Origin: Castellaniella sp.
GTDB taxonomy: Bacteria > Pseudomonadota > Gammaproteobacteria > Burkholderiales > Burkholderiaceae_B
Direction of reading: 5' to 3'
Length of the DNA stretch: 64,000 nucleotides
NCBI RefSeq assembly: GCF_041675725.1
Contig: NZ_JBAYTI010000004.1
Location: 2,831 to 66,830, forward strand
Shown here piece after piece: positions 17,801-26,111 of this stretch. The position numbers and the translations under genes were made by a program. Under the pieces are notes generated by a model. The model was not told where the DNA came from, did no database searches, and worked only from the letters and a program-made list of their open reading frames with translations. Position 1 is the first letter of the stretch; every line of letters starts with the position of its first letter.

Positions 17801-19156
17801 ATGAACCCTTCCGAGACCGAAATCTGGTCCGCCCACGATGCCCCCGAAGTCGCAGCTGCACAATTCGTGCGCTGGTTTCGCGAGGTCGCCCCCTACGTGC
17901 ACGATTTCCGCGGCAAGACCTTCGTGGTGGCATTTGGCGGCGAACTCATCCAGGACGGCGGCCTCGAATCACTGGTGGCGGATCTCTCTCTGCTGTCGGC
18001 ATTGGGGATCCGGCTGGTCCTGGTGCACGGTTCACGCCCCCAGGTCAACGAGCAGCTCCGCGTCAAGGGGCACGCTACCCAGTTCGGGCGGGGCACCGAA
18101 CCCACCGGCCCTGAAGCGCTGGAATGCGCCAAGGAAGCCGCGGGGGAAATTCGTCTCGACATCGAAGCCGCCTTTAGCCAAGGGCTGCCCAATACGCCCA
18201 TGTCGCACGCCAAGATCCGCGTTTTTTCCGGTAATTTCGTCACCGCGAGGCCGGTGGGCGTCATCGATGGCATCGATTACCGGCGTGCCGGCCAGGTGCG
18301 CAAGCTCGACGTACCTGCACTGCACAGCGTGATGGATCAAGGCGGCATCGTCTTGCTGTCGCCACTGGGCTTTTCACCCACAGGCGAAGCGTTCAACCTG
18401 GCCATGGAAGACCTGGCCACCAACGCCGCGGTGGCGCTGCGCGCCGAAAAACTGATCTTTCTCACCCAGAACCGCACGGTGACCGAAACAGACGGTTCGG
18501 TGGATACCGAGCTGGCCCGCAAGGATGCCGATGAACTGCTGGCACAAGGCGTTCTCGACGAAGACACAAGCGCGTTTCTGCGCCACGCATCCCTGGCCGT
18601 CAAGCGGGGGGTGGCCCGCGCCCATCTGGTGCCCTACACCCTCGATGGCAGCATCCTGCTCGAAATCTTCACCCACGACGGGGTGGGCACCATGGTGGTC
18701 GAAGACACGCTCGAAGACCTGCGCCCAGCCGAGGCCGACGACGTCGGTGCCATCGTGCAGCTGATCGAACCCCTAGAGGCCGACGGCACGCTCGTGCCCA
18801 GGGGCCTCGCGGTGATCGAGCGCGAGCTCGAACGCTTCACCGTGCTGGAGCACGACGGCGTGATCTACGGCTGCGTGGCGGTCATACCCTACCTCGACGA
18901 CGGTATGGCCGAGATGGCCTGTTTGATCGTACACCCCGAATGGCAGGGTACCGGCGATGGCGAGAAACTGCTGCGCCATGCCGAAACCACGGCACGGGCG
19001 ATGGGTGCCCGGCGCCTGTTCGTCCTGACGACACGGACGTCGCACTGGTTCCTGAAGCGCGGCTTCGTACAGGGCGGCGTCTCGGATCTGCCGCACGACA
19101 AGCGCGCCCATTACAACCGATCGCGCAACAGCCTGGTCTTCATCAAGCGGCTTTGA
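17801..19156 (+). CDS. argA: Amino-acid N-acetyltransferase (N-acetylglutamate synthase)
   Basis: An amino-acid-kinase-like N-domain (KTFVVAFGGE, LVLVHGSRPQ) is followed by a GNAT C-domain (IYGCVAV...HPEWQGTGDGEKLL). The length of 451 aa fits bacterial ArgA. Confidence 0.9.
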   Translation: MNPSETEIWSAHDAPEVAAAQFVRWFREVAPYVHDFRGKTFVVAFGGELIQDGGLESLVADLSLLSALGIRLVLVHGSRPQVNEQLRVKGHATQFGRGTEPTGPEALECAKEAAGEIRLDIEAAFSQGLPNTPMSHAKIRVFSGNFVTARPVGVIDGIDYRRAGQVRKLDVPALHSVMDQGGIVLLSPLGFSPTGEAFNLAMEDLATNAAVALRAEKLIFLTQNRTVTETDGSVDTELARKDADELLAQGVLDEDTSAFLRHASLAVKRGVARAHLVPYTLDGSILLEIFTHDGVGTMVVEDTLEDLRPAEADDVGAIVQLIEPLEADGTLVPRGLAVIERELERFTVLEHDGVIYGCVAVIPYLDDGMAEMACLIVHPEWQGTGDGEKLLRHAETTARAMGARRLFVLTTRTSHWFLKRGFVQGGVSDLPHDKRAHYNRSRNSLVFIKRL

Positions 19157-19178
19157 CCCACCCGAGCGGCTTTGACCC
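19146..19178 (+). repeat. 14-bp direct repeat agcggctttgaccc x2 (19-bp period) spanning the argA stop codon
   Basis: Read directly: agcggctttgaccc at 19146-19159 and again at 19165-19178. Confidence 0.7.
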
Positions 19179-19217
19179 GCTGCCCCACGATCCGCGGTGC
19201 GCCGCCGGCGCGCCGGT

Positions 19218-19937
19218 TCAGCTCCGCGGCTCGGGCGGTTCGCCGCGCGCCATGCGCTCGGTGTTGCTCACACCCGTGTGCCGGACATCATCGCCCAGCA
19301 CCATGTAGATCACGCGCTCGGCCATGTTCTTGGCATGGTCGCCGATGCGCTCGAGCGCCCGGGCGATGAAAATCAGATCGATCGAGTGCGAGATGGTGCG
19401 CGGGTCCTCGATCATGTAGGTAATGATGTGACGCAGCGACGCTTTCCATTCCTTGTCGACCGCCTTGTCGTTGCGCACCACCTGCGCCGCCGCGACCGGG
19501 TCTTCACGGGCGAACGCATCGAGCGACGCACGGATCATGCTGGCGACCGCATCCGCCATGTGCCGCAACTCGACCACGGGTTCGTAGGCCGAATCGGCCT
19601 CGTGCAGGCGGCGCGCCACCTTGGCGATTTTCTCGGCTTCGTCGCCGCAGCGCTCCATGTCGGTGAGCATCTTGGAAATGGACAACAAAAGCCGCAGGTC
19701 GACCGCCGTTGGCTGATTGCGAGCGATCAGCTGGCTGATGCGTTCATCGATCTCGACCTCGAACTGGTTGACTTGGCGTTCGTGCTCGCGAACCCGCTCG
19801 ACCAGCTGTAAATCGCCTTCGGACAAGGCCTGTATGCCGTCCAGCACCATGGATTCGACCACCCCCCCCATTTGCAGGAACATGGAACGCGTGGTTTCGA
19901 GTTCGGCGTGAAATTGTTTGTTGGTATGTTCCAGCAT
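19218..19937 (-). CDS. phoU: Phosphate signalling complex protein PhoU
   Basis: Trimmed to the ATG at 19937, which has GGAG 7 nt upstream. Reads MLEHTNKQFHAELE. Two PhoU repeats are present, with EIDERISQLIARNQP and IARALERIGDHAKN. Confidence 0.9.
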   Translation of the reverse strand: MLEHTNKQFHAELETTRSMFLQMGGVVESMVLDGIQALSEGDLQLVERVREHERQVNQFEVEIDERISQLIARNQPTAVDLRLLLSISKMLTDMERCGDEAEKIAKVARRLHEADSAYEPVVELRHMADAVASMIRASLDAFAREDPVAAAQVVRNDKAVDKEWKASLRHIITYMIEDPRTISHSIDLIFIARALERIGDHAKNMAERVIYMVLGDDVRHTGVSNTERMARGEPPEPRS

Positions 19938-19954
19938 GAAGGGCTCCGGAAGAG

Positions 19955-20635
19955 TCAATCCTGCAGCTCGAGACGGGCGATGCCCTCTTGCCCGGCCACC
20001 AGGGCAAGATGCGCGCCGGCGATGGCAAACAACCCGCAAGTGACCACGCCAGGAATGTTGTTGATCAGCGCCTCGAATTCGGCGGGTCGATTGTCGTAGG
20101 CCAGGCCTGCGACGTCCAGGATCTGGTTGCCATTATCGGTGATGAAGCCTTCGCGCAGCTGCGGCCGCCCACCCAACTGGCGGATTTCGCGTGCGACGGC
20201 CTCTCGGGCAAGGGGAATGATCTCGATGGGCAGCGGAAACCGCCCCAGCGCCTCGACCAATTTGGATTCATCGACGATGCAAACGAAGCGATCGGCTACC
20301 GATGCCACGATTTTTTCGCGGGTCAAGGCGCCACCCCCCCCTTTGATGAGGTTCAGCTGATGATCGACTTCGTCGGCGCCGTCGACATAAAACGGCAGCG
20401 TGCTGACCTGGTTCAGGTCGAGCACCTGAATCCCCGCCGCCTGCAAGCGCTGCGTGCTGCGTTCGGAACTGGAGACTGCTGCCCTGAACGCATCGCGATG
20501 CGTCGCCAGCAAGTCGATGAAATGATCCACCGTGGAGCCCGTGCCCACCCCGAGGACGCTGTCTGGTTGCAATTGGGGCAGTACGACGTCCAGAGCGGCC
20601 TGTGCCGCCTGTTGTTTGAGCTGGTCTTGCGTCAT
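19955..20635 (-). CDS. rpiA: Ribose-5-phosphate isomerase A
   Basis: [11 protein letters not shown] aligns with the E. coli RpiA N-terminus. Also [15 protein letters not shown] and [13 protein letters not shown]. Upstream in-frame ATGs at 20638, 20647 and 20665 are possible alternative starts. Confidence 0.9.
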   Translation of the reverse strand: MTQDQLKQQAAQAALDVVLPQLQPDSVLGVGTGSTVDHFIDLLATHRDAFRAAVSSSERSTQRLQAAGIQVLDLNQVSTLPFYVDGADEVDHQLNLIKGGGGALTREKIVASVADRFVCIVDESKLVEALGRFPLPIEIIPLAREAVAREIRQLGGRPQLREGFITDNGNQILDVAGLAYDNRPAEFEALINNIPGVVTCGLFAIAGAHLALVAGQEGIARLELQD

Positions 20636-20682
20636 CATGGGAGTCATGGAAACAGGAGATGCCATTCATCCATTGTAATGGC

Positions 20683-21489
20683 TCATTGCGACTGTGCCGC
20701 ACGGATCTGCAGCCGGTTGAGCGCCACGACCACGATGGCCACGGCCAAAATGAACAAGGTGGCCAGCGCATTGATTTCCGGCTTCAGGCCCAGACGAACA
20801 CGGGAGAACACTTCCAGGGGCAGCGTGGTGTAGCCTGGCCCCGACAGGAAGGACGCGATCACGACGTCGTCCAGCGACAGGGTGAAGGCCAGCAGCCAGG
20901 CGGCCACCAGTGCGGGTGCGATGAGCGGCAGCGTGATCCGGAAGAAAACCCGCAGCGGCGTGGCGCCGAGATCCAGCGCCGCCTCTTCCAGAGAACGGTC
21001 GAGATCCCTGACCCGCGACTGGATGATGACTGCGACATAAGCCGTGCACAGCGTGACGTGCCCCACCCAGATCGTGAACAGGCCATTGCCATCGGGCCAG
21101 CCGACCACTTTCGATAATTCGACGAACATCAGCAGCAGTGAAATGCCCAGCACCACCTCGGGCATCACCAGGGGCGCGCCCAGCATGCCGATGTACAGGC
21201 CAAAGCCCCGAAAACGCCCCATGCGCGCCAGGACGTAACCCGCCCAGGTGCCGATGCACAGCGCGGCGGTGGCCGTGAGGGTCGCGATCACCAGCGACAG
21301 GCGAGCGGCCGCCAGCAGGGTCTGGTCCTGAAACAGCTCGACATACCAGCGCAGGGAAAACCCCGTCCAGACCGTCATGAGCTTGGAGTCGTTGAACGAA
21401 AACACCATGAGACATACGATGGGCACGTACAAGAAGCCGTAACCCAGTGCCAGCGTGGCCCAGCGCACGCCACGGCCAGCGTGTCTCAT
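20683..21489 (-). CDS. potI: Putrescine/spermidine ABC transporter permease (PotI/PotC type)
   Basis: Six TM segments and the EAA loop EEAALDLGATPLRVFFRITLP. ATGA overlap with potH. Confidence 0.85.
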   Translation of the reverse strand: MRHAGRGVRWATLALGYGFLYVPIVCLMVFSFNDSKLMTVWTGFSLRWYVELFQDQTLLAAARLSLVIATLTATAALCIGTWAGYVLARMGRFRGFGLYIGMLGAPLVMPEVVLGISLLLMFVELSKVVGWPDGNGLFTIWVGHVTLCTAYVAVIIQSRVRDLDRSLEEAALDLGATPLRVFFRITLPLIAPALVAAWLLAFTLSLDDVVIASFLSGPGYTTLPLEVFSRVRLGLKPEINALATLFILAVAIVVVALNRLQIRAAQSQ

Positions 21490-22391
21490 CGGGACCGCTC
21501 CAGCTGGCGGGCCGAACTATACTGGAAGAGCGTCAGAGGCACCAGCAGCAGGAGCACCATCACGCAGGTGACGGCCGCTGCCATGGGCCAGTCGGCATTA
21601 TTGAAGAACTCGTTCCACATGACCCGACCCATCATCAGAGTGTTGGCGCCGCCGAGCATTTCGGGGATCACGTACTCCCCTACCGAGGGAATGAACACCA
21701 GCATGGCGCCTGCCACCGCACCCGGCATCGACAAAGGCAACACGACCTGGCGAAACGTGGCCCACGGACGGGCCCCGAGATCGTGCGCCGCCTCGATCAG
21801 CCGCTGATCGAGCTTCACCAGGTTGGCATACAGGGGCAGGATGAAAAAAGGCAGATAAGCGTACACCAGGCCCACGTACACGGCCAGATCCGTGCGATAG
21901 ATCTCGAGCGGCGAATCGATCAGCCCCAGGCCCATGAGAAGATTGTTCAATAAGCCATCGTTGCGCAAAATACCCACCCAGGCATACACGCGCAACAACA
22001 AGGACGTCCAGAATGGCAGGATGACGCCCAGAAGCAGCAAGTTGCGGATCTCCGGCCTGGACCGCGCGATCTGCCAGGCCAACGGATAGCCGATCAGGAC
22101 GCAGCATACGGTGGTGACCAGGGCCATTTTCACCGAATTCAAATACACCGCGGCGTACAGACTGTCGGTGAACAGCAGCACATAACCGCGCAGATGCAGC
22201 GCCAATTGCAGCGTGTCGTCTTCCAATGTCGCAATCGGCGTATAGGGCGGGATGCCAAACTGCAGGTCCGACAGGCTGATCTTCAATACCAGCAGAAATG
22301 GCACCAGCAGGAACAGGGCCAACCAGAGATAGGGCACCCAGATGGCCCACTGGCGGGCACTCGGGCGGGGCAATGGCCAGCGCATACGCAT
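21486..22391 (-). CDS. potH: Putrescine/spermidine ABC transporter permease (PotH/PotB type)
   Basis: Trimmed to the ATG at 22391 (MRMRWPLPRPSARQWAIWVPYLWL), which lies 5 nt after the potG stop. EAA loop: IEAAHDLGARPWATFRQVVLP. Confidence 0.85.
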   Translation of the reverse strand: MRMRWPLPRPSARQWAIWVPYLWLALFLLVPFLLVLKISLSDLQFGIPPYTPIATLEDDTLQLALHLRGYVLLFTDSLYAAVYLNSVKMALVTTVCCVLIGYPLAWQIARSRPEIRNLLLLGVILPFWTSLLLRVYAWVGILRNDGLLNNLLMGLGLIDSPLEIYRTDLAVYVGLVYAYLPFFILPLYANLVKLDQRLIEAAHDLGARPWATFRQVVLPLSMPGAVAGAMLVFIPSVGEYVIPEMLGGANTLMMGRVMWNEFFNNADWPMAAAVTCVMVLLLLVPLTLFQYSSARQLERSR

Positions 22392-22396
22392 GACGA

Positions 22397-23518
22397 TCAG
22401 GACGCCAGAACCGTACCGGCGTCGTGGGACCACGCCACATAGACTTCTTCGTCCACCCCGGGCGCCTCGGCCGGGTTCCACTCGAGCGTGGGGATGCTGG
22501 CCTCGATCACCTGGCCCGCATCCAGCCGCACCTGATAGCGGGCATAACTGCCCATCCAGGCTACGTGCGTCACCATGCCATGGCCCCAGTTGCTGTCCGA
22601 CTGCGGCATCTGCCGGCTGATGCGCAGGTGCTCGGGCCGGATGGATACATGCACCGCCATGCCCAATGGTTCGCTGACCCCATGACTGACATACAGGGGG
22701 CGGGTGAGCGCGTCCGTCTCGATCAACACGTGGTCTGGCTGATCCACCACGATGATCCCGGTAAACAGGTTGGTGGAGCCGATGAACCCGGCCACGAAGC
22801 GATTGGCTGGAAACGCATAGACCTCGTGGGGCGTTCCGCACTGCATGATCTGGCCTTCGGTCATGACGGCCAGGCGGCTGGCCATGGTCATCGCCTCTTC
22901 CTGGTCATGCGTCACCAAGATGCAGGTGACGCCGACCTGGTCCAGGATGCGCAGCAATTCGATCTGCGTGGCCTGGCGGATCTGCTTGTCGAGCGCCGAC
23001 ATGGGCTCATCGAGCAGCAGCAGCTTGGGCCGCTTGACCAGGCTGCGCGCCAGGGCGACCCGCTGTTGCTGCCCCCCCGACAGCTGGTGGGGCTTGCGCC
23101 GCGCATGGCCCGCCATCTGCACCAGGTCGAGCGCTTCGAAGACACGCCCCTGAATTTCATGGCGCGGCACCCCTTCCTGCTTCAGGCCAAACGCCACATT
23201 GGCCTCGACAGTCATGTGCGGAAACAGCGCATAGGACTGAAACATCATGTTGACCGGCCGCCGATAGGGCGGCAGCGCCGTGATGTCCTCATTATCGAGA
23301 ATGATGCGCCCCGAGGTCGGTTCCTCGAAACCGGCCAGCATGCGCAGCAGCGTCGTCTTGCCACAACCGGAACTGCCCAATAGTGCAAAGATCTCGTGGC
23401 GGCGCACCGTCAGGTTGACCGAACGCACGGCCACGGTATCGCCAAAAATCTTGACGACCTCGTCCATGCGCACAAAATCGTCGACGCCCCCCGAAAGGGG
23501 CACGCTACGGGTCTCCAT
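22397..23518 (-). CDS. potG: Putrescine/spermidine ABC transporter ATP-binding protein (PotG/PotA type)
   Basis: Walker A GSSGCGKTT, signature LSGGQQQR, Walker B LLLLDEP, and a C-terminal TOBE-like regulatory domain. Confidence 0.85.
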   Translation of the reverse strand: METRSVPLSGGVDDFVRMDEVVKIFGDTVAVRSVNLTVRRHEIFALLGSSGCGKTTLLRMLAGFEEPTSGRIILDNEDITALPPYRRPVNMMFQSYALFPHMTVEANVAFGLKQEGVPRHEIQGRVFEALDLVQMAGHARRKPHQLSGGQQQRVALARSLVKRPKLLLLDEPMSALDKQIRQATQIELLRILDQVGVTCILVTHDQEEAMTMASRLAVMTEGQIMQCGTPHEVYAFPANRFVAGFIGSTNLFTGIIVVDQPDHVLIETDALTRPLYVSHGVSEPLGMAVHVSIRPEHLRISRQMPQSDSNWGHGMVTHVAWMGSYARYQVRLDAGQVIEASIPTLEWNPAEAPGVDEEVYVAWSHDAGTVLAS

Positions 23519-23524
23519 GGCCGG

Positions 23525-24625
23525 CTAACGGCCGGTTTTCAAGTCGGCCCACAACTTGGTCTGCAAGCGCAGAATGTTGAGTGGCTGGGGTTGGATCACA
23601 TACAGTGTGCGCGAGATGTCAGCCGAGGGATAGATCATGGGATTGTTCGCCACTTCGCTGACCACGAACTTGCGCGCTTCCTTGTTGGCATTGGGATAAA
23701 ACATTTCGTTGGTGATGGCTGCATGCACCTCGGGCGTTTCGATGTAATTGATGAAGGCATGCGCTTCATCGACATGTTCGGCCGTCTTCGGGATGGCCAT
23801 GGTGTCGAACCAGACCGGCGCACCGCCATTCGGAATGAAGTACTCGATCTCGTACGCCTTGCCCGCCTCGCGGGCCCGGGTAGCCGCGATCATGACGTCG
23901 CCCGAGTAGCCGTACACCATGCACAGGCCACCCGATGCCAGCTCGTCGATGTAGCCCGAAGAGCTGAACTGCCGGATGTACGGCCGAATACCCTTGAGCA
24001 GCGCGAATGCCGCTTCGTAGTCGGCCGGATCGCTGCTGTTGGGATCCTTGCCCAGATAGTGCAGGACAGCGGGAAACACCTGCGCCGCTTCGTCGAGGAT
24101 CGAAATCCCGCACGACTGGAGTTGGGCGGCGTTTTCGGGCTTGAAGAGCATATCCCAGGAATCCAGCGGGGCAGCCGGCCCCATGCGCTCTTGCACCTGG
24201 GTCACGTTGTAGCCCAGGCCGTTGGTGCCATAGCCCCAGGGCACCAGATACTGATTGCCCGGATCCACGCTGGCGACGAGATCCATGAGCTCTGGATCCA
24301 GGTGCTTCCAGTTGGGGATCCGACTGCGATCGAGCTTCTGGAACAGCCCGCCCTGGATCTGCCGCGCCGCATAATGGGTGGATGGCACGACCACGTCATA
24401 GCCCGATTTGCCCGTCAGCAGTTTGGCCTGGAGGGCGTCGTTGGTGTCGTAGACGTCGTAGCGGATCTTGATACCCGTGGCCCGCTCGAAGCCGGGTATG
24501 GTGTCCGGCGCCGTGTATTCTGCCCAATTGTAGACATTGACTACACGATCCTGCGCAACGGCAGGCACAGCGGCCGCCGCGAGCGCGGCGGCTGCCAACA
24601 GGGTGTGAATGGCGCCGATTTTCAT
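23525..24625 (-). CDS. potF: Periplasmic putrescine/polyamine-binding protein
   Basis: Trimmed to the ATG at 24625. Signal peptide MKIGAIHTLLAAAALAAAAVPAVA, followed by VNVYNWAEYTAPDTIPGFE, typical of PotF/PotD. The order binding protein-ATPase-permease-permease matches potFGHI. Confidence 0.85.
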   Translation of the reverse strand: MKIGAIHTLLAAAALAAAAVPAVAQDRVVNVYNWAEYTAPDTIPGFERATGIKIRYDVYDTNDALQAKLLTGKSGYDVVVPSTHYAARQIQGGLFQKLDRSRIPNWKHLDPELMDLVASVDPGNQYLVPWGYGTNGLGYNVTQVQERMGPAAPLDSWDMLFKPENAAQLQSCGISILDEAAQVFPAVLHYLGKDPNSSDPADYEAAFALLKGIRPYIRQFSSSGYIDELASGGLCMVYGYSGDVMIAATRAREAGKAYEIEYFIPNGGAPVWFDTMAIPKTAEHVDEAHAFINYIETPEVHAAITNEMFYPNANKEARKFVVSEVANNPMIYPSADISRTLYVIQPQPLNILRLQTKLWADLKTGR

Positions 24626-24636
24626 GGCCAGGCCCC

Positions 24637-25329
24637 TTACGATCGAGGTAAACAAAGAGACAATCCGTCCCACCATTGCGCACCGCGCAAGCCGGCAACC
24701 TTAACCAAAGAGCGGCGTAGGCGCAACCAGTTTTTTTGTGCCTGTTTCCTGGATACCACACCGAGGCGCGCGCGATCGAAATCGATGAGCCAAACCTGCT
24801 GATTGCCATCGAGCACGATGTTCCAGGCATTCAGATCGGCATGCCAGACGCCGGCCGCGTGCATCGCCCGCAATGCCCCGGCCACCCGCTGCGGCTGCGC
24901 GACGTCCAGGCAGTGGACCAGCGGCCGCGCAGACGGGATACGGCGGACCAGGATCGCGTTCCGGTACCACGGACCAGTACGCCAGTAGGCGGCGGCCAGC
25001 GGCTCGGGCACCGGCACGCCGGATTGTCTCAGATGGGCCAGTACGCGCACTTCGGCCAGCGCGCGCACGCGGGCCAGGCCCAGCCAGCAATAGTGCGTGC
25101 GCCCCAGGTGCGCGCGCAGGCCGCCGCGCCGATAGTGGCGCAGGACGGCGGGCCCATGGGGGCCATCGACGAACCAGGCGGCCTGCCGCCCGCCCGCCGT
25201 GACCGGCTGAGCATCAGGCCGGGTCGCCGACATCCAGCCCGCCTCGGCCAGAGGCGCCAGACGATCGGGCACGGCCAACTGCTGCGACCCGAAGGCGAGC
25301 AGGGTCCAGCCGGCCGGCAGAGGATTCAT
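24637..25329 (-). CDS. kdkA: 3-deoxy-D-manno-octulosonic acid (Kdo) kinase
   Basis: Trimmed to the ATG at 25329 (ATGA overlap with the TauE-family stop). About 230 aa. The kinase core WHADLNAWNIVL...VWLIDFDRA matches the KdkA family pattern. Confidence 0.8.
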   Translation of the reverse strand: MNPLPAGWTLLAFGSQQLAVPDRLAPLAEAGWMSATRPDAQPVTAGGRQAAWFVDGPHGPAVLRHYRRGGLRAHLGRTHYCWLGLARVRALAEVRVLAHLRQSGVPVPEPLAAAYWRTGPWYRNAILVRRIPSARPLVHCLDVAQPQRVAGALRAMHAAGVWHADLNAWNIVLDGNQQVWLIDFDRARLGVVSRKQAQKNWLRLRRSLVKVAGLRGAQWWDGLSLCLPRS

Positions 25330-26111
25330 GCCGCCTCCTTGGCCAACAGCAAAGCCATGATGATCAGCAGCATACAGGCGAAAATCAGCTTCAGGCGGGC
25401 TTCGGGCAAGGCATAGGCCAGCCGCACGCCATAGGGCACGCACAGCAGGCTGCCAAGCGCCAATGGAATGCCCACCAGGCCATGGGCCTGGCCATGCCAG
25501 GCGTAGGTCAGGAGCGCGACCAGGGTGCCGGGCACGATCATGGTCAACGCCAGCGCCTGGGCCGTCGTCTGGCGCAGATGAAAGAAGGTGGTCATGAACG
25601 GCACCGCCAGCACCGATCCCCCGACCCCGAAGATACCGCCAGCCAGCCCGGCCCCTACGCCGACGACGAAATACCGGTAGCGCGCCACGTCGTCGGCATT
25701 CCGGTATCCACCCGCCGGGGCCTGCCGGGCGCGCCGCCCCAGGCTTTCGCGAAAATAAAACAAGGCGATCAGGAATACGAAGCCCGCATAAATCTGGCGC
25801 AACAGCCTGGGTTCGACCTCCAGGGCAATCAATGCGCCCAGCCATGTGAACAAGACGGAACCCAGCGCGCCAGCCGCTGCCGAACGCCAAGCGATGGGCG
25901 TGTGCTGGTGGTACTTGCGCACCGTCAGCAGGACGGCGGGCAACACCATGATGAGTGCGGTCCCCTGGGCAGCCTGCTGCTCATAGCCAAGCAACAGGCC
26001 CAGCAGGGGAATAGCGAACAGGCCGCCGCCAATACCCAGTACCCCGCCCGTGAAACCGATCATCCCACCCGCCACCAGACAAGCCGGAATGAGCCAGAAC
26101 ACGCTCAACAT
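25326..26111 (-). CDS. TauE/SafE (DUF81) family anion exporter
   Basis: Eight predicted TM helices with duplicated glycine-rich GGxxGxGGG motifs (GGVLGIGGGLF and GGIFGVGGSVL). Confidence 0.8.
   Translation of the reverse strand: MLSVFWLIPACLVAGGMIGFTGGVLGIGGGLFAIPLLGLLLGYEQQAAQGTALIMVLPAVLLTVRKYHQHTPIAWRSAAAGALGSVLFTWLGALIALEVEPRLLRQIYAGFVFLIALFYFRESLGRRARQAPAGGYRNADDVARYRYFVVGVGAGLAGGIFGVGGSVLAVPFMTTFFHLRQTTAQALALTMIVPGTLVALLTYAWHGQAHGLVGIPLALGSLLCVPYGVRLAYALPEARLKLIFACMLLIIMALLLAKEAA

Noticed and set aside
19192-19229. GC-rich palindromes (ccgcgg twice, and ccggcgcgccgg) between the convergent argA and phoU genes, considered as a terminator.
   Set aside because: The 12-bp palindrome has no loop. 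The ccgcgg arms are only 6 bp with a 26-nt spacer and there is no U-tract. This is too weak to call, and part of it lies inside the phoU coding tail.
24637-25890. Long 5' extensions of ORF-track entries: kdkA to 25890, thrC to 34649, hom to 35557, potH to 22841, GT2 to 8804, deacetylase 1 to 6707, bcp from 36431, and others.
   Set aside because: Each extension overlaps the upstream gene in another frame. In every case an internal start codon abuts or overlaps the upstream stop (ATGA/TTGA overlap, or a few-nt gap for potH) and reproduces the family's normal N-terminus.
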